Source: Guillardia theta CCMP2712
Taxonomy: Eukaryota; Protista; Cryptophyta
Direction: 5' to 3'
Length of the DNA stretch: 52,126 bases
Assembly: GCF_000315625.1 (NCBI RefSeq)
Contig: NW_005434581.1
Span: forward strand, 36,713 to 88,838
The notes below the pieces were generated by a model. It searched no databases. It had not been told where the DNA came from and saw nothing but the letters and a program-made list of their open reading frames with translations. The position numbers and the translations under genes are program-made. How positions within the stretch are numbered: position 1 is the first letter of the stretch; the number at the start of each line of letters is the position of its first letter. Below are positions 14,873 to 30,799 of the stretch, piece after piece.

Positions 14873-17046
14873 ATGGATACCAGCAACGTGATGTCAAATA
14901 ATATCGGAGACGACATGCAGCCTGCCAGGTTGTCCTCGAGCACTCATGCTCCGACTGACCTTCTGTCCTCCAGTCAACTACCCCATCAGCCCAGCACTGA
15001 AGGATCTCCCAGCAGCGGGACAGGCCGGCCGTACCTCAACAGAGAGGTGCGCTCACCGTCTTGTCCTCGTAGGATGACACGATAACTCAGGTGCGACTGG
15101 ATGAGCTCTCCAAGTTCTTCAACCTGCCGGAGAAGGCAGTCGCCAAGGAGCTCGGGATCTGCCTGACGTCCTTGAAGAAGCTGTGCCGCTCCTACGGCAT
15201 CACGCGATGGCCGTTCAGAAAGCTGAAGAGCTTGCAACGGACAATGAAGAAGGTGGAGACGGAGTCGCAGATCATCAACGCCTGCAGCAGCAACAACACG
15301 GCGACTCCGGTGGATCCCAACAAGACGAGTGAGCGCGGGAGGCTGAGCTGCGAGTTGTGCCTCTCACCTTCTTGACAGATTCCGGGGAGGTCAGGCGCAA
15401 ACCTTACACAGTTGGTAACAAGACCGTCTTCCTGAGCGATGAGGAGCTCGAGGTGTACAAGATGACCATGGGAAAGGATGCGAACAACGAGCTCAAGCCG
15501 ACTCCCCTCGTCACCCTTGAGCCCTCACTCTTCAGCAACGCCAATATGCAGGCCGCAAGCAACGCGCTTGCGAGTGTAGCGCGAGGTAGCGGAGTAGCTG
15601 CGGGAGCGTGGGGAGGAGGGAGCTACGAGGGGAACAACGACGAGGAGAATCCTCCGATCTCAGCGGAGGTCAAAGGAAGAACGCTGCTCATCGTCAACTG
15701 GTCGAGCTTGTGGTCGCAGGCACACCTGAAGATCAAACTGCTGGACCCGCTCGAAGGGGTAGAGCCGTAGAGATCGAGGAGCCTCAGCGTGACTTGCCTC
15801 CTCCCAGGTGTCTCTCCGTGTCTCGCCTGATGGCATCCGAGCCGAGCTCGAGTTCGCCACGGAGGAGACGGCGAAGCGCGCGCACAGGATCTGCCAGATG
15901 GCGGAGGTGCAGGCGATGCAATCGGCGATGAGCACGAGGTGACGTCTGCTGGTTCTCCTGCCGCTCTCCTGATGCGCTTGTCCCTCCAGCTCGGCCTATC
16001 CGGCACCCAACATGCAGGTAAGAGAAATCTCTTGCTCGCGCGTTGAAGTCTGACGATCCCTTGCTGCAGAACCCTCCGTCGCAGATGACGAGCGTGGGAA
16101 CAGCAGGGACTGACTCTGTCTTCCAACCTTCCTCCTTGAGCGGGAGCGTGCACTCACTCTTGTCAGGTTCGTTGCTGCCGCTCATGCACCCTCCCTCCCC
16201 TTCCTCCTTCGTGCCTCTCATCCTTCCCTTGCTCCGTCCCTCCTGCATCTCTGCGCCTCCAGCCCCTTCCTCCTTCCTCGTCCTCTACTCCTCTGTTGCT
16301 TCCTCCCGTCCTCCTCTCCTCACTCGGTCATGCTGAGATCGTCCTCCAGACAACTGCGGGATCCAGCCTCCTTCCACCCACATGACCCAGAGCATGTGGA
16401 CGTCGCTGTTTCCTGGGAACCCCTCCGCTCTTCCTCCTCAGAGCCTCACAGGCGCCGGAGCTCCCTTCCCCCCCATGGGCCACAAGAACACTCCTCCTCC
16501 TCCTCACTGGGGGAACGGCCCACGGCCCCCCTTCAACGAGCAGCCTCCCAAACAGATCGGACTCCTCGGAGAGATCTCCTCCCCTCCGATCTCGAGCGCA
16601 GGGATCAACCTCTTCATGGAGCAGGGGACAGGAGCGCCGCTGTCCATGGGGACGAGTTTCAAGTAAGACCACCCCCTGCCACTCCAAATGGACCACCACT
16701 ACCTCCTCCTCCCCTGCGAAGGCCCTGACAGTTGTTACAGTCCTCTCTTTCCTGCCGGGATGTTTCAGTCCGGACCCATGGACGGCACCAGCCAGGGGAT
16801 GCAGGGGATGCAGGGGATGCAAGGTAGCTCCCTCACTCCTCCTCCTCCCTCTACTCCTCCTGCTTCTCCACCTCCTCCCTCTCCTTCCCTTCTCACTCTG
16901 CGAGACTCCAGGACCCCCCATGGCACCAGACAGTCATGGAGGACGACAAGCGCCTGCCTACTTCCAGCGCAGCCGTAAGTCTCCTGCACCTCACCTCCTC
17001 TCTCCTCTCCTCTACTTGTCACCTTATCTTTTCCCCCAGGCTTTGA
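14873..17046 (+). CDS. RWP-RK domain transcription factor, copy 3 (canonical motif, multi-exon)
   Basis: The exon at 15091 encodes VRLDELSKFFNLPEKAVAKELGICLTSLKKLCRSYGITRWPFRKLKSLQRTMKK. Further exons are joined by short introns and the C-terminus is Pro/Gly/Met/Gln-rich. The stop is inferred at 17044-17046. Confidence 0.9.
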
Positions 17047-17299
17047 CATCCGAAATTACTGAAAGGAAGAGTGGGAGGGAGGAAGAACGTAGAGTGCTTG
17101 TAGTTGTATCATGAAAGAATGAAACTGTAACAGACGAGATTGAAAACAAGATTGAAGACAAGATTGCCTTTTCCTCCTTTTATACAACGTTCTTCACATC
17201 CTCTGCAATGTCTCGCCCCAACTCTCCGAACCAGCTTCCTGACCGTCTTGTCTCGCTTCCTCCCCCGTCCTCTCGTCTTCCCCCTCCACCATCTCGGTC

Positions 17300-18748
17300 A
17301 ACTCGCCCCCTCCCCTCGTCGCTGTCAAGTCCATGAAAGTGACGCCCGCGCCCCTCCTCACTCAGACGAGCGTGCGATGAGCGAGGACTCTGACAGAGAG
17401 TTAGAGGAAGGGCGAAGACAAGGACGAGCACGTGGACAAGCACAAGCACAAGTAAAGGCTCACATGAAAGAGTGGGGAGTAGCGGTGGAGCAGACGCGAA
17501 GAACGCGAGGAGCGAGCAGCTCGCATGCGGCTCAAGTCGTCGTGAGTGGAGGACAGAAGATGTTGGAGAAGGCGCTGAGCTTCAACCCTCCTCCTGCAAG
17601 ATGTTGAGGAGAGGAGGAGAGAAGGAGGAGCACAGTACCGCTGTTGGGCATCGTGTGGGTCCAAGATCATGCTTCCAGGCTCCTGCTTGTCGCTGCTGTA
17701 GACAGGCAAGTGAGAGTGAAGAGAAGGCGAAGCAGCAGCAGCAGCAGCAGCAGCAGGCAGCAGGCAGCAGGCAGCAGGCAGCAGGCAGCAGGCAGCAGGC
17801 AGCAGGCAGCAGGCAGCAGGCAGCAGGCAGCAGCAGTCAGGTCACCTCAAGCCCTGCTCCCTCCTAGAGACCTTCAGCGAGCATCATCAGGGAGGGTGTG
17901 AGGAGGAGATGAAAACCTTCAAGTCGCTTCTCATGCGGGAGATCTTCTCCTTCGCCACCTCCGTCTGCCTTGACGTCAGTGGGAAACAGCCATGGAAGAT
18001 CACCAGGACGAGCAGCACGAGGAAGAGCTGTGCTGGGGAGGGGGGGGGGCTGGGGGAGGAGCAGAAGGGGGGTGGGTGTCCCTCGCCTTGGCAGTATCAG
18101 TGGCGATTCTCGAGAGGATGGATCTCAACCAGGGGTCTCTGCCACCCCCCGCGTCAGCCCCACCTGCCTCTCAGCTGCCCTTCACACCTGCTCGTGTCAA
18201 CCTTGTCCAGCAGATGTCGAGCTGCTTGCTCGAGCTGCTGCTCGCTCTGCACGGGCATGAGGGAGGAGGCAGCAGGGGATGGAGCAAGTGACCTTCAGCT
18301 GGGCTTGTCGCTGGTCCTGCTGCCTCCTCCTGTCCCTCAACTTCTTGAGCAGCTCGGGGCTGTCGGCGACTCGCTTGCTCCTCCGCATGTCGGCCTGAGA
18401 GACAACCTGGAGGAGGATGAGTAGAGGTCCTAAGGAACGACAGCGAACGAGAAGGAGAGACGGAGGAGGAGGAGAACGAACAGGAGGGATAAGTTGTGGA
18501 GGAAAGGAGAAGAGGAGAAGAGGAGAAGAGGAGGAGAACCGAGTTCACAGCAGCTCCTTCATCTTCTTGGTGCGTGCCGGCGTCTAAGGAGCAGCAGATC
18601 ATTCATGCGCTTCCTCTCTGTCGCCTCACCATGGAGTGCGAGGTTGTACGTCTTGTGCTTCACTGTGCTCAGCTTATGCAAGACCGTGTTGAAGCCGAAG
18701 AGCCTCCCCAGCAGCAGACGATCAGCTGAGGTGAGGCCAGGAGGTGAG

Positions 18749-18791
<43 letters not shown>

Positions 18792-19155
18792 CTGAAGACA
18801 GGATCCGGTGAGGAGCATCTCTCCTTTGCTTGAGCTTGTAGAGTCGAAGTTTCGCCTGCTGAAGAGGAAGATGAGGGAGAGCAGCAAGGGGTTCCTCCCA
18901 ACCTTCTTCCTGCCAACCTTCTTCCTCTCCTCTTGTGCTCCTTCGTTCCTCGTCCTCCTCCTCAAGCTCCTCCTGCCGCTGCTTCTCTCTCGAGGATCCT
19001 TCTCCTGCTTCGCTCGAGAGCTCCAGTTGCCTCCAGCTGAGCTGAGGCCGCGAAGAGCATCATGCACGAGCCCAGCTGGGAGTTCCGTCATCCAGTTTGG
19101 CACCTGAAAGAAATGGAGGTCAAGGGACGAGGACGAGGAGGCACGAGGTACGAGG

Positions 19156-19188
<33 letters not shown>

Positions 19189-19750
19189 CAGGCAGATAGG
19201 CAGACAGGCAGGCAGACAGGCAGGCAGACAGGCAGGCAGGCAGGCAGGGAAGAGTTGAGGTCAGTTTTTCTTCATCTCTCACATCATCTTCAACTTCTTC
19301 GAGGATCTTGAGGGAACTTTGAACCTTCTTAGAAGAATCTTGAAGCTCCTGCCGATGCAATCATACAGCAAAAGCAGCAGCACCAGCACCAGCACCAGCA
19401 CCAGCACCAGCACCAGCAACATCCATCTTACCTTCTGTGCTGCCCGCAGTTGTGGGTTTTTATTCTCCAGCTCGACTCGCATGTCTTGACGAGGGTCGAC
19501 TAGGAGGGACAAGGAGACGAGGACGAGGACGCTCGTCAGCAGCAGGAAGCGCGTCCGGTCAACCTCTTCGTCTCCTCCCGCACGTCGCATCCTCCCGCTG
19601 CCGCCCTACTCGACCATTGAAGAGCCTCCCACGCTCTCGCAACCTGCGCACGTCAAGTGAGATGGCTGGCCCGCTAGTTCCTCCTCCTCCTTCAGGTGAC
19701 TTCAGAGCTCCTCTCCTGGGGTCACGAAGCTCAGGTTCCTTCCTCTCCAG
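17300..19750 (-). CDS. Hypothetical multi-exon protein, probably coiled-coil
   Basis: Exon-like blocks between microsatellite-bearing introns (DMRVELENKNPQLRAAQK, ELQDSSKKVQSSLKILEEVED, ADMRRSKRVADSPELLKKLRDRRRQQDQRQAQLK). No domain recognised and both ends uncertain. Confidence 0.45.
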
Positions 19751-20027
19751 ACTATCGCTGCCGTCTCATCTCCCCTCCTCTCTACCTCTAGTCGCCATCC
19801 CTCGATCCCCCCTCTCCTCCCTCCCTCCCTCCCTCCCTCCCTCCCTCCCTCCCTCCCTCCCTCCCTCCCTCCCTCCCTCCCTCCCTCCCTCCTACCTTGC
19901 TTCATCGCTCTCTCCGATGACTTGAGAAAGCAAGGTGGGGGCAGCACCTTAGTCATATTTTCATAGTCCCTTATTCGTTATTTCTCTGCACTTCCCCCTA
20001 CCCCGATACCGAGGGGTAAGGGTGGGG

Positions 20028-22713
20028 ATGCGAGCATGGCTGCTGCTGGCGCTGTGGCTGAGCAGCATGGGAGTCGGAGAAGCAGCTGGGGAGAAGCTGG
20101 GGAGGGGCTGGAGAGTAGCTGGAGAGAGAAGTAGAGGGCTCCTGTCGTTTGTGGGCTTCCATCCCAGCTGGGAGAAGCAGCCGAGGGGGGAGAGGAGGAG
20201 GAGCTGGGAGAAGGTCGGGAGGGGAGGGCGGCGGGAGGTGAAGATGAGGGGAGGGAGGAAGCCGTTCGATCCTGATGCCTCGCCCGGCTACAAGAAGCTC
20301 ACGCAAAGAGAGAACACAGCCTCCTTGTGCTTCGCTGCTGTCTGTGGGTTTGCAGCATGGTGTTCCAACTGTGGTGAGGAGGGGGAGGACGAGGAGGAGA
20401 TGGTGTGGATGGTGAAGCTGCGCAGGCATGGAGCTGGCGAAGCTGAGCTCATACAAGGCGGCGATGGGGATCATGCGAGCGGTGATCTCGTTCGTGCTGG
20501 GGAGGTTGATGTCGAAACTCTACATATCAGAGAAAGACCTTGAAGCCTCGTGAGAGACGAACAGACGAGAGACGTGCCATGACGCTTGTGCCAGACTCTA
20601 CAGCGAGCAGGAGGTCAAGTACGAGGACAGCAAGTTCCTCCGCGTTGGAGAGGTGACGTAGGAGGAGGAGGAGCAGGAGGGCATGTCGCTGAAGGGGCTG
20701 TAGGAGGAGGTTCACTACCTGGAGGCGCTGCCAGCAGGAGTGCCCGACGTCGCTGTCGTGTGCGTGCATGGCTTCGGAGCTTCGTGCTCCTCCTATCGGA
20801 ACGTGTTGCAGCCCCTGGCTGACTCGCTCAAGGTGAGAGAAGAGACGCTGGAGGAGGAGGAGGGGAGGGGGAAAGGGGAGAGAAGGAATCCTGACTGCTC
20901 TCGCACATCCATCCTTCACTTTGTGACATATGATTGACCTTCATTCACACCTTCAATCGACAAGCTCTCTCCTCTCCTCTCCTCTCCTCTCCTCTCCTCT
21001 CCTCTCCTCTCTTCTCCTCTCCTCTCCTCTCCTCTCCTCTCCTCTCCTCTCTTCTCCTCTCCTCTCCTCTCCTCTCCTCTCCTCTCCTCTCCTCTCCTCT
21101 CCTCTGACTTTGTCCTTGAGGCGCATGTCATCGCTTTCGACATGCCAGGCTTCGGTCTCACACGGAGAGGACCAGCACTTGCCACCTACGACCCTTCGCC
21201 TCTCCTCCTCCAGCTCCTCCAGCTCCAGGGCTTCGCAGCTCGCAACCTCCCTGTGGTTCTCGTCGGGCACTCGCTCGGGGGTCTGGTGGCCGCCAACTTC
21301 CTCCTCGCTCACCCGACGCTCGTCGACAGCCTCGTCCTCGTGGCTCCAGCCATAGTAGCGCATGAGAAAGCTCCTGCAGCAGCCGAGGGAAGAGGAGGAG
21401 GAGCACCAGCACCAGCACCGGCACCAGCACCAGCACCAGCACCAGCAGCAGGAAGAGGAGGTCCGGCTCGCCTCCTGCGATTGCCTCAGCTTGTAGTCAA
21501 GGTGGTTCGGGTGGTGACTTCCTCCTTGGCGGCGTATCTCACTCAGGTTCTCTCCTTCCCCTCTCCTTCCCCTCACCTTCCCTTCAGCTGCTCTTGCGCT
21601 TCTTGTCTCCCGTCTTGTCGCTTTTTCTTCGACGACTCGTCTATAGGTACCGTCACAGCCCCTCCCCCTCCCCCTCCCCCTCCCCCTCCTCCGGCTCCTC
21701 CTCCTCCTCTCTTCTTTTGCGAGATTTCCAAACAGCGTCTCTGTTTGACATCTTCTGGGCAGCAAAGACTTCTGGAGGAAGGGACTTGCGCTCGCCTACT
21801 ACGACAGGTGGAGAGAGAGGGAGAGAGGAAGAAGGAAGAGAGAAGGCAAGGGGCAAAGACAGTGAGAGGACGAGGAGGAGGACGAGGAGGTAGGTTGGAG
21901 GCAGGGAGTGACAGAGGGAGCAGGAAGAGGCTGACGGAGGAGATGATCAAGGGATATCAGCGAGGAAGTTGGGTGAGGTAACACCGCAGCTGAAATTCAG
22001 CTGGAGGGTGAATGACAAGGAGCAGAGGATGGTCGGGAGGTCTAATCCGCTTCTCCCGGTATCGCCTGACGGATGGAAGGTGGGGAGAGGAGGAGGAGGA
22101 GGAGGAGGAGGGGAGCGAGTGACGTGTAGCAGGAGCTTGATAGAGATGGTGCGATCGAGATGGGAGGAGGCAGGCGGGAAGACCGTCGAAGAGAAGCTTG
22201 CAAGTGAGAGGCAAAAGGCGAAGAGGCGGGGGAACGAGCGAGATGAGGAGGGTCTGCTAGGGGACTGGGGAGGAGGGAGGGAGGAAGGGAGGGAGGGAGG
22301 TGAGTGTTGTCAGGTGCTTCTGCACGCATCCTCCTGCTACATGGAAGGGAAGACCGAATTCTCAGCTGCGCTAACAGCCAGAGTCTGTCGAGGTCGCTCA
22401 GCTCCTGTCCAGCTGGGGGTGACAGTCTGTCAGGTTGACCGGAGGGCAGCTGGAGGTGGTCGAGGACTGCGGCCACTGCCCCATGGAAGAGCTTCCGGAG
22501 CTGTTCGTGGACGCCGGTGACTTCACCCCTCCTCTCTCCCCCTCCCCCCACCAACCTCCTCCCCTGGCATCATCTTTTGGTCCCCCTCCCTCCTCTTCCC
22601 GGCCTCACTGATCGCTCACGTGGGTTTCAGTCGTTCGATTCGTGCAAGACAAGAACAGGAGCGTGAAGGTGGGGGAAGGCGAGGAGCGAGGAGGAGATGC
22701 ACAAGCGGCATAG
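20028..22713 (+). CDS. Alpha/beta hydrolase fold protein with N-terminal signal peptide
   Basis: MRAWLLLALWLSS signal-like start, VVCVHGFGAS oxyanion motif, AFDMPGFGLT, VVLVGHSLGG nucleophile elbow, LVLVAPA, and VEDCGHCPMEELPELF containing the catalytic His. Confidence 0.9.
20966..21104. repeat. (CTCCT)n intronic microsatellite
   Basis: Direct pentamer tandem array inside an intron of the hydrolase gene. Confidence 0.95.
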
Positions 22714-22762
22714 AGGACGCTACATAGACATTTACCTTCACCATCGCAATGAACAACTACCC

Positions 22763-26046
<3,284 letters not shown>

Positions 26047-26135
26047 GGTCTCAAGTAGAGCAACCTCCTGCCTGGATGAACTTGTTCGCTTGTGCGCAGG
26101 TGATTGATCGATAAAACGAATACACCATCTTCTAC

Positions 26136-26280
26136 TCCTCTCCTCTCCTCTCCTCTCTCCTCTCCTCTCCTCTCCTCTCCTCTCCTCTCTCCTCTCCTCT
26201 CCTCTCCTCTCCTCTCTCCTCTCCTCTCCTCTCCTCTCCTCTCCTCTCTCCTCTCCTCTCCTCTCCTCTCCTCTCTCTCT
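26136..26280. repeat. (CTCCT)n-type microsatellite between divergent genes
   Basis: Directly visible pyrimidine-only tandem array. Confidence 0.9.
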
Positions 26281-26596
26281 CTTGATGCCCTCAAGGGAGC
26301 ATTTTTCTAGTTTTATCCAAACGGTTGGCCCGCCTCATCAGAAACAGTTATGAACAGAAAAAGACAGAAATGACTTCACTCCCCTCCCCCATCTCTCCTC
26401 CTCCCCCTCCTCCTCCCCCTCCTCCTCCGTCTCCTCCTCCCTCTCTTCCTCCGTCTCCTCCTCCCTCTCTTCCTCCCCCTCTTCCTCCCTCTCTTCCTCC
26501 CTCTCCTCTTTTGACTCCTACTCAGTTACCACCCCCCGCTCTCTCCTTCTCGCTACTCGTCCTCTTCGCTCCTTGTACCATCGCTGCGTAAGAAAC

Positions 26597-27944
26597 ATGG
26601 GAGATGATCGGAACAAGAAGCGCAAGCGAGGACCGGACGACGCCATATGGGCCTCAACCGTCTCTGCTCGAACTCCTCGCATGCCTGCTGACGTCAAGAA
26701 GAGAGCAGCATGTCAGCCGGGGCCGAGCGCGGCGTCAGAGCTCAGGAGGTTCCAGAAGATGAAGAAGCTCAGGTCGAAGCTGCACAAAGCGTGCAGCAAG
26801 CTTGGAGTTGCTGTCCCCCTGCTCGCGTTCGAGCGATGGCAGTGCCGAAGCAAGCTAGATGAGCAGCTTAAACTTGCCGCCAACCAAGTGATGGCAGAGC
26901 CGCTCTTGCCCTGCATGCGAGGATCGGACCAAGGGCTCATCAAAGACCTTGTCAGGGGCGGCATGCAGGAGCATGATGCCGAGAGGATCGCAAGCGCTAT
27001 TAGCGCTGAAGCAGAGAAACTCGCGGGGGAGGAGCAACAAGAGGAAGAGAGCGAGGCTGACGTGACCCACGCTGTCTTCCAAGGAGGGATCGTTGACTTT
27101 CACTGGAGAGAGCCAGACGCGAAGCCATACATGCGCATCGGACGAGCTCACTACGAGAAGCTCAAGACCCTCTACTGCAGGGCCAGGGGCCTAAGCAAGC
27201 GCAGCTTGACGCAGGAACAGCTGGCGCAACTACACACAAGCATCATGGTGCTGCTGCTGAGATACGAAGCCCTGGGAGGGCATGGGTTCCAGGCAGCGCT
27301 GGGAGGAGAGAGCTTCGATGTCCTCTACCAGCAGCTGGAGTGTAGCTTTGAATGCTTCGCTTCTCCCTTGAACTGCAGATACGACAAGTTCTGCTCTGCT
27401 TTCGAGGATACGGATACACCTTTCGGCAGCCTCGGCTCTTTCTTCTCGCCTGCTTTCTGCCCTGCGGACGGCAAGTTCGAGGTTCGCCCCACGAGCCCCG
27501 AGCTATGATTCTGATCCTAAGATGCAGGCAAACCCTCCCTTCGTGCCGGAGCTGATGGAGGCGATGGTGAAGAAGATCGAGAGGCTCCTGGAGGCATCGC
27601 AGGGGGAGATGCTGTTCGTCGTCGTCGTGCCGGCATGGAAGGAGCTTCCCTTCTGGAAGCTTCTCACGTCCTCTGCCTGGTCTTGCGGACACGTCTGCAT
27701 CACAAGAGCCAGTGAGCATGGTTTCTGTGACGGTGCGCAGCACCAGCGGAGGCCGTCAGAACGATACAGGCCGAGCAGCTTCGACAGCGGACTTTTCATC
27801 TTGCTCAACGGCATTGCGAAGGAGAGGTGGACGAGTGAGAAGCTGAAAGAAATCTTAACGCGTTTCAAAGAAGCCATGAGTGGAGCCAAGGGTGACTTGA
27901 CCAGCATAGAGGCGTATGAGAAGAGAGTTCGCAAGCTGAAATGA
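26597..27944 (+). CDS. PCIF1: PCIF1/CAPAM-like mRNA cap adenosine N6-methyltransferase (2 exons, intron 27482-27527)
   Basis: LLLRYEALGGHGFQAAL, FECFASPLNCRYDKFCSAFEDTDTPFGSLGSFF, FE|ANPPF (NPPF catalytic motif, rebuilt across a 46-nt GT-AG intron), FVVVVPAW and HGFCDGAQH are hallmark motifs of the PCIF1 methyltransferase domain. Confidence 0.92.
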
Positions 27945-28231
27945 AACTTTACACATGAAACTTCTTCGTGCTGACAACTTGTTGGGGAGAATATTCTTCG
28001 ACACATCTCCCCGCAAGTGAAAATGAACAAAAGAAGCCAAGAAGGGTATGGAAGCAATGGAAGCAACAAGTGAGGGAAGGACGGGAACTGAGGACACGGT
28101 TGGATCCGACTATAGACCTGGAACCCTTGAGATCCAATCCCAGATAAGAAACATTTGAACCTGCCATGTGCTTGGGATACTTGACGCCCGTCATGTCTGG
28201 ACTGAGTTGAGATGGTTGTGATGAATCTACG

Positions 28232-28786
28232 TCACAAAGTCAATAAATACGGCAAGAGAACCTGTGGCACTGAACTCTTAGACGACCCTACCTTGAGACT
28301 GTGGGCTCTGTGTATTGAATGAGATACACGTGTCGTCATCAGGCTCTGTGTATTGAATGAGATACACGTGTCGTCATCACTGTCGTCTGAATGAGATACA
28401 CGTGTCGTCATCACTGTCGTCTGATGGTTGCATTCGATTCTTATTGTCGGCTCCTTCCGATGAAGCAAGCTTGTATCAAACCACTCCACAAACTTACTTG
28501 CACCATGTTCATTGGCATCGCTCATTCCATTCTGATTGCTTCCCGCGCCATTTCCTTCTGGAGAGGGGGGATGTGGTCCTTGATCGCCTTTCTCTTCTTG
28601 TTTCTGGCCGACAGAGACGTGTGTTTTCTCAGGTGGAACACTTTGTGCGGGAAAAATACCATACTGATCTGAGCTTGGTGTAGAAGTGAAGATGTCGTGC
28701 GACGGAGCCTTCAACAGGTTGGGTGCGAGTGGCTGCGAAGGGTTCGAGATCTTCTCCTCGCTCCATGGTCTCCTTGATCCGCTTGC
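28232..28786 (-). CDS. Small hypothetical protein
   Basis: Open frame 28232-28714 with normal composition and an internal repeat (MTTRVSHS). Start and exon structure are uncertain. Confidence 0.35.
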   Translation of the reverse strand, partial: ASGSRRPWSEEKISNPSQPLAPNLLKAPSHDIFTSTPSSDQYGIFPAQSVPPEKTHVSVGQKQEEKGDQGPHPPSPEGNGAGSNQNGMSDANEHGASKFVEWFDTSLLHRKEPTIRIECNHQTTVMTTRVSHSDDSDDDTCISFNTQSLMTTRVSHSIHRAHSLKVGSSKSSVPQVLLPYLLTL

Positions 28787-28937
28787 CCAAGTTTCTGCGA
28801 CAAATTGTTGCGACGAGAAGCAAAAGCCGCGTCATCAGGAGAGCCAGAGGGCATGAGGATCTTCCGCATGCTGTCGCAGCGAGGAGAGCAGTGTCAAGTC
28901 GTCAAGCGACAAGGAGTCTGAGGTGAAGCCATCGGCG

Positions 28938-29666
28938 ATGACGGATGAGAATATGCCGACGAGCCCTGGGGCCGGAGAGACCAACATGAAGGATGCGATC
29001 AACTCAGCGGAAGAGGAAGCAGAGTCCTTTCGGATTCTCGAACCCGTGTCAGAGTCGTTACCTCCTAGCGATGAGTTGGAGGTGGACAAGTTGGTCAACT
29101 GCGTCAACTTCACTGCTCCTGCCCCTCCACCTCCAGACCTGCCAACTATCGAGGACCCGAGCAAGGTGTGATGTGCTCCTGTGACGCCCATCGCTCGGCA
29201 CAGCTGCTCAGGTGCTCGGGCATTTCGCATCAAAGCCACACAGCAGAGCTATGGAGCTGCTGCACGTTTGCTTCCTCCACCTGCCTACCCTCAAGACTCA
29301 TCGCTTGCGGGCAGGCAGTCGCTTACCAGAAGCTCGCGATCTGATTGAGACATACACGGAAGCGCTTGAGCGACTTGAGCGAGACGCCGGAATGAGCGAG
29401 AGCGACGAGGAAGAAGCTGAGGACCGAGCAGAGCATGTTCACTCCCATATGCCGTAGAGTGCTGAAAGCTCCTAACCGTGCCAGGGAGAAAGAGAAAGGG
29501 GAGGTGAATCAGACAGTAGAGGGAAGCAATTTAAGGTGGGAGATGACGTCATCACTGCTGACGGCAAGTACGGAAGCGTGGTCAAGATCCGTCATGACTT
29601 TCTTCCCGGGCTGCCAACTCGACTCAGCGTGCCACCAGAGGAACTCAAACTGGATCAGACGGTGAA

Positions 29667-29719
<53 letters not shown>

Positions 29720-30686
29720 CCTCCCTCTCCCTCTCCCTCTCCCTCTCTCTTGCTCGCCTGAAATTTCCACAAGATTATGAGGACTCCGACCCAGCCGTTG
29801 AGGATGAGAAAACGCTACTCGTGCTGTCCTCTGTGAGGTCCAGAAGCCCTGGAAGTCTTCGCTGTCGAAGTCGAGAGCGCGCTTGGGGGAAAGGGAGGAG
29901 AATGCAGCAGAAGGAGTAAAGCATCGGCGGCGAGAGATTTCTCGGCTTTGGCGGGCGGCGCGAGCAGGAAACGTCACAAGGGTTCGAGAGTTGATGTGGG
30001 AGGAGGAGAGGACGAGAGGGAGAGAGTTGCTGACGATTCGCCGCAGCTCTCAAGGACACGATCCAAACAGCAGGAACCCTCGGCTGCAGGAGGCGACTGC
30101 TCTTCACTACGCTTCTCTTCACGGGCACACGGAAGTGATGTCAGTGCTCGTGACAGCAGGTGACCAAACTCATGTCGATCGCCTTGTCGTGACGATGATC
30201 ACAGGAGCGAACCCCTCCTCCACCAACCGTTAGCATCGTTCGAGGAGGCGAAGCTGAAGCTGGAGCAGGTGGGGGGCTACACCGCTTCGCTTCGCCGCCT
30301 TTGCAGGGCAAGAGAGGAGCATTGAGATGCTCTTGCGAACTTTCGGCAGCTGCGTCAACGTCGTTGATCTCGTCGGCTCCTCGTCCCTTCACTTCGCAGC
30401 TCTTGCGGGGAGGTGACGACCTGCTCTCCTTCGCTCCTCTCCCGTCGGCACCTGAATGTGAGGCAGGCTCGGTCCCGTTCGCCTTCTTGTAGAGACAGGC
30501 GGAGACGTGTTCCTCAAGGACGAAGACGGCAACTCGCCGCTAGACAACGCAGAGCACGCGGCTCGCACGAACAAACTGATGGACGAGGAGATGAAAGGAA
30601 CATGCGCGAGCTCCGCAGAGCGCTGGGAGGTGGTTCACTTCCTCCGAGAAGTTCAGTCAGTGCGGATAGACGATGAGCCTCTGTGA
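28938..30686 (+). CDS. Ankyrin-repeat protein (multi-exon)
   Basis: Acidic N-terminal exons, then LWRAARAGNVTRVRELM, ATALHYASLHGHTEVMSVLVTA|GANP, GATPLRFAAFAG and KDEDGNSPLDNAE ankyrin motifs. The stop is inferred at 30684-30686. Confidence 0.8.
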
Positions 30687-30799
30687 AGGGCGAGAGAGCG
30701 AGGAGCGAGAAGAGAAGCGAGAGGGGAGGGAGGAGGAGCGAGATGAGGAGGAGGAGTGAGATGAGAGGATATCAGAGGTTGGAGTCAATTGTCCTTGCA

